NCBI GenBank assembly: GCA_964581515.1
Contig: CAZOOV010000008.1
Span: forward strand, 24,570 to 88,569
Direction: 5' to 3'
Source: an uncultured Methanosarcinales archaeon
GTDB taxonomy: Archaea > Nanobdellota > Nanobdellia > Woesearchaeales > JACJVV01
Length of the DNA: 64,000 nucleotides
The first letter of the stretch is position 1, and every line of letters begins with the position of its first letter. The position numbers and the translations under genes were made by a program. Below are positions 57,706-64,000 of this stretch, in pieces. The notes below the pieces were generated by a model. It saw only the letters and a program-made list of their open reading frames with translations. It searched no databases and was not told the origin of the DNA.

Positions 57706-57949
57706 GAACTATTTCATATAATCTGAATATATATTATTTATGGCTTTTGAGGACAATAAACAGCAACATTTATAAAGGGATTGAGGTTCGTTTAGATTAC
57801 CTGTGATTGATGATGGTATTGTATAAATACTATATAATACCGGAATGAGGAGTTATTCTCATAATCGCATATAATGAAAAGGTTAAACCTTGAAGGAATT
57901 AATATATAAACGAGGTTTAAACTTTAAAACAACCGGAGGAAGTTTTAAA

Positions 57950-58441
57950 ATGTCAGAACTATCAAAAGAAAAACTTGACAATCTATATGAAGTTATAGAA
58001 GTCGCAAGATCAACTGGAAAAATTAGAAAAGGAACAAATGAAGCTACAAAAGCTGTTGAGAAAGGTAGCGCTAAAGTTGTAGCTTATGCAGAAGATGTTA
58101 CACCACCTGAAGTAATAATGCATATACCTTTGTTATGCAAAGAAAAAGGAATACCATGTTACGCTATACCTAGTAAAGAAGAATTAGGTTCTGCTGCAGG
58201 ACTTGTTGTTCCTACATCTGCTGTTGCAGTTGTTGATGAAGGTAAAGGTACTAAAGTTCTTCAAGAATTCTTGAAATCTGATAAAGCTGCTGCTCCAAAA
58301 GCAGAAGAAAAACCAGCTGAAGAAAAGAAAGAAGAAGTTAAAGAAGAAAAAGCAGAAGAAAAACCAGCTGAAGAGAAGAAGGAAGAAAAAGCTGAAAAGG
58401 AAGCAGAAGAAAAACCTGCTGAAGCTGAGAAGAAAGAATAA
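57950..58441 (+). CDS. rpl7ae: ribosomal protein L7Ae with ~60-aa Lys/Glu/Ala-rich C-terminal extension
   Basis: YEVIEVARSTGKIRKGTNEATKAVEKGSAKVVAYAEDVTPPEV...PCYAIPSKEELG is the L7Ae/L30e signature; tail AEEKPAEEKKEEVKEEKAEEKPAEEKKEEKAEKEAEEKPAEAEKKE. Confidence 0.85.
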   Translation: MSELSKEKLDNLYEVIEVARSTGKIRKGTNEATKAVEKGSAKVVAYAEDVTPPEVIMHIPLLCKEKGIPCYAIPSKEELGSAAGLVVPTSAVAVVDEGKGTKVLQEFLKSDKAAAPKAEEKPAEEKKEEVKEEKAEEKPAEEKKEEKAEKEAEEKPAEAEKKE

Positions 58442-58452
58442 GGTGTTGATAA

Positions 58453-58788
58453 ATGGCAGACGAAAAGACCAACAACACTGAAAAGAAGTCAAGTCCGGCT
58501 CCTAAACCTGATTCAAAATCAGCTGCTAAACCTGCTGCTGGTAAAGATGCTCAACAAGGAGTTCATTTTACAAGAGCTTTTTCTGCAAAAGTTGAAGAAG
58601 TTATTGGAAGGACTGGTTCACGAGGAGAAGCAACACAAGTACGATGCACTATCCTTGAAGGAAGAGATGAAAACAAAGTCATCAGACGTAATGTTAAAGG
58701 GCCTGTTCAGCCAGGAGATGTTTTGATGCTCAGAGAAACAGAAATTGAAGCAAGACCTCTTAATAGAAAAGGAAGGGGAAATGCATAA
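58453..58788 (+). CDS. rps28e: ribosomal protein S28e with ~40-aa Lys/Ala/Pro-rich N-terminal extension
   Basis: [54 protein letters not shown] matches S28e. Confidence 0.85.
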   Translation: MADEKTNNTEKKSSPAPKPDSKSAAKPAAGKDAQQGVHFTRAFSAKVEEVIGRTGSRGEATQVRCTILEGRDENKVIRRNVKGPVQPGDVLMLRETEIEARPLNRKGRGNA

Positions 58789-58800
58789 AGTTTACTATAG

Positions 58801-58986
58801 GTGAATAAAATGGTTAAATGCTCATTTTGTGGAATAGATATCCCTGAAGGAACAGGTTTGATGTATATCAAGAAGGATGCAAAAATATTTCATTTTTGTT
58901 CTAGAAAATGTGAAAAGAATACATTCAAGCTGAAAAGAAAACCTAGGACAGTTAAGTGGACAAAGTCCTACGTTAAAGGAGAATAA
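58801..58986 (+). CDS. rpl24e: ribosomal protein L24e
   Basis: MVKCSFCGIDIPEGTGLMYIKKDAKIFHFCSRKCEKN (C4 zinc-ribbon L24e). Confidence 0.85.
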   Translation: MNKMVKCSFCGIDIPEGTGLMYIKKDAKIFHFCSRKCEKNTFKLKRKPRTVKWTKSYVKGE

Positions 58987-58992
58987 GGGAAA

Positions 58993-59493
58993 ATGGCAAA
59001 AGAACAATGTTTAGTTTTGATTAAACCAGATGGTTTAGTTAAGTCATTAACAGGCAACATTATCTCAAAGCTCTCAGAAACTGAGCTTAAGATTGTTGCT
59101 GCAAAGATGGTCAGAGTAAGTAAAGAACTTGCTGAAGAACATTATAGACATTTAAAAGAAAAAGATTTTTTTGATGAACTCATAAAGTATATACAAGGGG
59201 CTTATCATACAAGAAGAGTCATGGCTATGGTTTATGAGGGTGATAATGCAATTGAGAAAGTTCGAAGAATTGCGGGAGCAACAAATCCTGAAGAATCAGA
59301 ACCAATCTCAATAAGAGGAAAATATGGGAGAATAACGACTGGAGGAGTATTTGAAAATGTAGTTCATGCATCAGAAAATCCTTCAGAAGCAGAAAGAGAA
59401 ATTAAACTTTGGTTTAATGCAAATGAACTTGTTTCTCATATTTATCCAACTGAAACTAATAAAATCGAGCAAGAAATGCTCGTTTGGAAATAG
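58993..59493 (+). CDS. ndk: nucleoside diphosphate kinase
   Basis: QCLVLIKPDGLVKSLTGNIISKL...NVVHASENPSEAEREIKLWF matches Ndk; Ala replaces the usual Gly in the NxxHGSD block. Confidence 0.8.
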   Translation: MAKEQCLVLIKPDGLVKSLTGNIISKLSETELKIVAAKMVRVSKELAEEHYRHLKEKDFFDELIKYIQGAYHTRRVMAMVYEGDNAIEKVRRIAGATNPEESEPISIRGKYGRITTGGVFENVVHASENPSEAEREIKLWFNANELVSHIYPTETNKIEQEMLVWK

Positions 59494-59503
59494 GTGATTA
59501 ATA

Positions 59504-61690
59504 ATGGCAGAAAAAATGGTTGACAGAATTAAAAATATCTCGTCAAATCCAGATAAAATTAGAAATATAGCTATCTGTGCTCATATTGATCATGGAAAGA
59601 CAACATTTTCAGATAACCTACTTGCAGGAGCAGGTATGATGTCAGAGAATCTTGCAGGTGATGCAAGAGCTCTAGATTTCCATGATGATGAAGCAGAAAG
59701 AGGAATTACAATCGATAGCGCTTCAGTAAGTATGGTACACGCGTTTAAAGAAGAAGAATACTTAATTAACCTTATCGATACACCTGGTCACGTTGATTTT
59801 GGTGGTGACGTAACAAGAGCTATGAGAGCTGTTGATGGAGCAATTGTATTATGCTGTGCGTCTGAAGGTATCATGCCGCAGACTGAAACAGTACTTAGGC
59901 AAGCTCTTAAAGAAAGAGTAAGACCAGTACTTTTTATCAATAAAGTTGATAGGTTGATTAAAGAACTGCAACTTACTCCGGAACAGATGCAGGAAAGATT
60001 TCTTGGTATAATCAAAAGCGTAAATGTACTTATACAAAAAATTGCAGAGAAAGATTATGGTGAGAAATGGCAATGTAATGTAGCTGAAGGACAAGTTGCA
60101 TTCGGTAGTGCTTATCATAATTGGGCACTTAGTATACCTTACATGCAGGAGAAAGGAATAACTTTCAAAGAGATAATTGATGCATATACAAGTGGTAATC
60201 AAGATGATATTGATGCACTTGCTAAAAAAGCACCAGTTCATGAAGTTGTACTTAACATGGTAATCAAACATCTTCCAAAACCAACTGAAGCTCAGGAATA
60301 TAGGATACCTAAGCTATGGCATGGCGACTTAGAGAGTGAGGATGGTATTGCTTTAAGAAAATGTGATCCAAATGGTCCATTATTCTATGTACCTGTAAAA
60401 ATTGTTATTGATCCACAAGCAGGAGAAATCATTTATGGGAGGCTTTTTAGTGGAACTTTAAAGAAAGGTACTGAAGTTTATCTTAACAGAGCAAAACAAA
60501 AGTCCAGAGTACAGCAAGTATTCATTGCTAATGGGGCTAAAAGAGAAATTACAGATGATGTACCTTGTGGAAATATTGTTTTGATTGGAGGAGTAAAAAC
60601 TCTTGTAGGAGAGACAATGACTACAAAAGAATCAGATGTATTTGATGAGATCTCACATCTTTTTGATCCAGTAATCTCTAAAGCTATTAAAGCAAAGAGT
60701 CCTGGTGATCTCTCAAAACTAGTAGATATCTTAAGGGTTATTCAGAAAGAGGATCCTTCTATTAAGATTGAGATTGATGAAGAGACTGGACAAAACTTAA
60801 TGCATGGAATGGGTGAATTGCATCTTGAAATCATTGAGAATAGAATTAAAAGTGAGAAAGGACTTGAAGTTGAAACGAGCCCTCCTATTGTAATATTTAG
60901 AGAGTCAATCTCAAAACCATCAACTGGTGAGTTCGAGGGAAAATCTCCAAATAAACACAATAAGTTTTACTTTACTGTTGAGCCGGTCGAAGAAGCTGTT
61001 GCTTTAGCAATGAAAGAGAAGAAAATTGTAGATCAAAGAGTCAAAGGAAAGAATCTTGAATTAAGAGATACATTTGTTGAGTGTGGATATGACACTAAGG
61101 TAGCTCTTAAGATAAAAGAAATCTACAATGGAAATATATTCATTGATGCAACAAAAGGACAAGTTCATATGATTGAAGTTATTGAGATGATCCTTGATAC
61201 TTTCAAAGACGTAATGAACAATGGTTCACTTGCAAGAGAACCTTGCTTTGGTGTTAAAGTAATACTTCATGACATGAAATTGCATGAAGACGCTATTCAC
61301 AGGGGTCCAGCACAGATCTATCCTGCAATCAGGGAAGGTATTAGAGGAGCAATGCTTCAAGGTGCTTCACCAATCCTTTTTGAACCGGTTCAAGTTCTTC
61401 AAATTGAAGGTCCAGATGAATATATGGGTGAACTTTCAAAGCTTGTTACAAGCAAGAGAGGTCAACTTCAAGATGTTGAACAAGAGAATGGAAACGTTAC
61501 CATGACTGCTAAAATGCCAGTAATGGAACTTTTGGGATGGTCATCTGACTTAAGGTCTTCAACTTCTGGTAGAGGTATCTCATCTGTAATTGATCAGATG
61601 TTTGAGAAACTTCCAATGGAATTGCAAGATAAAGTAATTAAGCAGATTGTTGACAGAAAAGGACTAACTGACGGACAACTTGGACTTTAA
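59504..61690 (+). CDS. fusA: translation elongation factor 2 (aEF-2)
   Basis: NIAICAHIDHGKTTFSDNLLAGAGMMSE, LINLIDTPGHVDFGGDVTRAMRAVDGAIVL...GIMPQTETVLRQAL; 728 aa with EF-G/EF-2 domain order. Confidence 0.9.
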   Translation: MAEKMVDRIKNISSNPDKIRNIAICAHIDHGKTTFSDNLLAGAGMMSENLAGDARALDFHDDEAERGITIDSASVSMVHAFKEEEYLINLIDTPGHVDFGGDVTRAMRAVDGAIVLCCASEGIMPQTETVLRQALKERVRPVLFINKVDRLIKELQLTPEQMQERFLGIIKSVNVLIQKIAEKDYGEKWQCNVAEGQVAFGSAYHNWALSIPYMQEKGITFKEIIDAYTSGNQDDIDALAKKAPVHEVVLNMVIKHLPKPTEAQEYRIPKLWHGDLESEDGIALRKCDPNGPLFYVPVKIVIDPQAGEIIYGRLFSGTLKKGTEVYLNRAKQKSRVQQVFIANGAKREITDDVPCGNIVLIGGVKTLVGETMTTKESDVFDEISHLFDPVISKAIKAKSPGDLSKLVDILRVIQKEDPSIKIEIDEETGQNLMHGMGELHLEIIENRIKSEKGLEVETSPPIVIFRESISKPSTGEFEGKSPNKHNKFYFTVEPVEEAVALAMKEKKIVDQRVKGKNLELRDTFVECGYDTKVALKIKEIYNGNIFIDATKGQVHMIEVIEMILDTFKDVMNNGSLAREPCFGVKVILHDMKLHEDAIHRGPAQIYPAIREGIRGAMLQGASPILFEPVQVLQIEGPDEYMGELSKLVTSKRGQLQDVEQENGNVTMTAKMPVMELLGWSSDLRSSTSGRGISSVIDQMFEKLPMELQDKVIKQIVDRKGLTDGQLGL

Positions 61691-61784
61691 GTCTAAGTCT
61701 TTTTATTTTTTTATCTTTTATCTTTCTAATATTCTTTTAATTTTAGAATTATTTTTATTAATTAGTATATCATATTTATTATAA

Positions 61785-62453
61785 TCATATCCTAATTCCG
61801 TGATGCCTTAATAATGTTATCTTGTTAGCATAAGTTGACATCTGTGCTATCTTGACTCTCATGTCAAAGTTTGTAAAAGCAGGATTCTCACGAAGTCTTC
61901 TGTGATACTTCATGAGTTCAACAGCTGTTGCTCTGAAAATAGGTGTATCAGTCTGTTGTAAAAGAGATAATTGGTCAAGTTGATGTGCATCTGCTCTTGT
62001 TTCTAATACGTCTTCAAGTGTTGTATCTCCTAAATGCCTTATGTTTCTATATGTTATTCTTGTAATCCCTGGAAGTTCTATCCCATTTTGGTAATCTTGA
62101 GTATGCTGATATTCATGATGTGCAAGTATAGAAGCAGCTGCTAGTGGAGAAAGCTCTTCAAATAATTTTTTATTGACAAATAATGTAGTTGGAAGATCTT
62201 TGCCTATGAAGGATGAAAGCATGAATGAATGCACATGGCTGTCTTCTGCTCTAGCATATGCTCTTTGTTCTTTTGCAGTCATATCATCAATAATCCCTTC
62301 TGAACTGAGCCTTTTAACATGTTCTAAAGCTGATTGTCTATCTTTATTATATACGAGCCGTACTATACTCTTACAAGGATACATTTCTAAGAACTGATCC
62401 AGATAAGCCTGTCTTAGTGATTCATCTCTTATTGCTTGTTTGAACTCTATCAT
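61785..62453 (-). CDS. hypothetical protein with HExxH motif (possible zinc metallohydrolase)
   Basis: ILAHHEYQHTQD contains H-E-Y-Q-H; 222 aa. Confidence 0.4.
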   Translation of the reverse strand: MIEFKQAIRDESLRQAYLDQFLEMYPCKSIVRLVYNKDRQSALEHVKRLSSEGIIDDMTAKEQRAYARAEDSHVHSFMLSSFIGKDLPTTLFVNKKLFEELSPLAAASILAHHEYQHTQDYQNGIELPGITRITYRNIRHLGDTTLEDVLETRADAHQLDQLSLLQQTDTPIFRATAVELMKYHRRLRENPAFTNFDMRVKIAQMSTYANKITLLRHHGIRI

Positions 62454-62560
62454 TTTTTAAGTGATTTTTTTAGTAATTTCTTTAGTAATTAGTAATTATT
62501 ATTTATTTGTAATATCTTTACATAGTTTTATGTAATTATTCTTTGTTAAATTTTGTGAAA

Positions 62561-63337
62561 TTATCTTCTATATAATCTTCTTCTGACTGGTTCTCTTTTA
62601 ATAGGTCTTGTACTTACTATCTCTTTTTTACCAGAATAAGGTGTAATTCTTACAGTTGCAATATGTTCAGGAACAGTTCTTACATTACATACTGCTGGAT
62701 GATAAGTTGTAGTAGTATATGCATCTCTTACTTTGATTGTCTTTCTTTTTCTTAGATTATCAGGTCCAAAATCTGTGCTACTTCTTCCTGCAGTAAGCAC
62801 TTCTCCTGCAACGTCCATTGCACTTCCTAATATTCCTGCACCAACTTTGAGAATGCTGACTTTACCTGCTCCTTTGATATATGTTGTAGGAACACTATTT
62901 GTCTCTGTGTAAGCTTTTTGTACTGTTGTTGCTTTTCTCTGCTCAGGTACATATTCATCTATATCGTAAGAAAATATTTTAACCATATTTATTGTGTTTG
63001 AGCTTGTTATTGCTGGATCGCTCTCTATATCTGCAGCTAAAGCTTTTATTTTGTCTTCTATTACATCATAATTCTTATTGTATACATCTTGATGAATTCC
63101 ATTCATCCTTGCAACATATTTAAGTTCTGGTGGAGGTAATCGTGGTAATCTGCTCGCTGGTATTACTAGTTTTTTTTTTGGTGTTGGAGGGGTTCCTGGA
63201 CCTGTTCCTGGACCTGCATGTGCTGTTTCAGAAATAGGTAGTAATGAAGCTACTGATATTAGTCCAATTCCTAAAGTTTTGACTAATTGGTCCAGTTTCA
63301 TTTTATTTATGCTTTGTTTGTCTGAAAGAATATCCAT
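62561..63337 (-). CDS. secreted protein with Pro/Gly/Thr linker
   Basis: Signal-like N-terminus (LGIGLISVASLLPISETAHA), PGTGPGTPPTPKKK linker; 258 aa. Confidence 0.45.
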   Translation of the reverse strand: MDILSDKQSINKMKLDQLVKTLGIGLISVASLLPISETAHAGPGTGPGTPPTPKKKLVIPASRLPRLPPPELKYVARMNGIHQDVYNKNYDVIEDKIKALAADIESDPAITSSNTINMVKIFSYDIDEYVPEQRKATTVQKAYTETNSVPTTYIKGAGKVSILKVGAGILGSAMDVAGEVLTAGRSSTDFGPDNLRKRKTIKVRDAYTTTTYHPAVCNVRTVPEHIATVRITPYSGKKEIVSTRPIKREPVRRRLYRR

Positions 63338-63646
63338 TCTCCATGGACATATGTATATTCTCCACTCATATCTGGTTCATCATATTCTATTATTTTATGT
63401 CCCAGAAATCCTTTTTTTTTCATTTTGTGTTTCGCCTCTTTAATTGGTTTATTTTGTGATTCTTATTTTATTGATATTTTTCAAGTTCATCAGTCAAGTA
63501 TGCTGATGCACTTTCGTCTTTTTCTTCTGATTTAGGAGTTGAATCATTCAATATCTCTGCAAGTTCGTTTTCTTTTTGTTCACTTGCAGCTGCAACAACT
63601 GCATCATCTGGTGTTCTAACTCCATTTTCTTTAGCAACATCTTCTA

Positions 63647-63871
63647 TCATTCGTTCTCCCTCCTTTTTTTCATTTTTTTACCTATTCTGAATTTAGCTCT
63701 ATGTACTACTTGATCTGTAACTATCTTCTTTTTTATAGGATCATAATAATGCCGTTTGGTTATTGTTATCACAACTTTCTGTTTTTTTCCAGGTAGCTTT
63801 AGCTCGATGCTTTGCTTAGTTGTAACATCAAAATCTTGTGCTGACATTGTTCTTTTATTTGTAGATTCCAT
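63647..63871 (-). CDS. small basic hypothetical protein
   Basis: 74-aa K/R-rich ORF; overlaps downstream 60-aa acidic ORF (63468..63650) by 4 nt. Confidence 0.3.
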   Translation of the reverse strand: MESTNKRTMSAQDFDVTTKQSIELKLPGKKQKVVITITKRHYYDPIKKKIVTDQVVHRAKFRIGKKMKKRRENE

Positions 63872-64000
63872 TTTTACTCCTTTATAGTAACAATGAAACT
63901 TGTTACTTATAAATGTTTCGTTTCTTAACTACTTTGTAGTAATAAATTTGTCTTTTGAACAGGTTTTTATTTATTTTTAATATTGAAAATAAATTCCAGT

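Noticed and set aside
58184-58492. 102-aa minus-strand F-rich ORF
   Set aside because: Antisense of the L7Ae Lys/Glu-rich extension.
59504-61690. Considered aIF5B/IF2 because of position after ndk
   Set aside because: G-domain and overall motifs and 728-aa length match EF-2, not aIF5B.

Overview
AT-rich (~30-35% GC) archaeal chromosomal segment. The gene content and style (secE-spt5-L11, FtsZ, thermosome, L7Ae-S28e-L24e-ndk-aEF-2, diphthine synthase, TrmB and Lrp regulators, prepilin peptidase, TM-anchored surface proteins with many N-x-S/T sequons) point to a small-genome, possibly DPANN-like archaeon. That lineage call is an inference from the sequence alone. The outstanding structure is a GC-rich, ~167-nt intron-containing tRNA (my fold gives tRNA-Pro, anticodon UGG, with a canonical anticodon-loop intron plus a non-canonical intron splitting the T-arm). 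Its 3' exon is the attachment site of a ~6.2-kb integrated element encoding a tyrosine integrase, three cargo genes and an HUH rolling-circle Rep, followed by a second tandem att copy and a ~1-kb remnant islet. Other noteworthy loci: (1) a ~10-kb block bracketed by two inverted paralogous polytopic membrane-protein genes, containing a glycosylation module, Dus, and a divergently transcribed pair of large unknown proteins sharing a palindromic TATA region; (2) a GCS2-type ligase plus class-II amidotransferase operon; (3) a radical-SAM / Cys-rich secreted protein / anchored subtilase triad; (4) a cluster of secreted proteins sharing a novel Cys-rich module next to a prepilin peptidase; (5) a Fic-like gene sitting where L1-L10-L12 normally follow L11; (6) a ClpX-like AAA+ gene unusual for archaea; (7) long Glu/Lys-rich low-complexity tails on L11, Spt5, L7Ae, S28e and FKBP; (8) a GC-rich cluster of perfect hairpins/palindromes near 1.0-1.2 kb. 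No rRNA and no CRISPR array seen.
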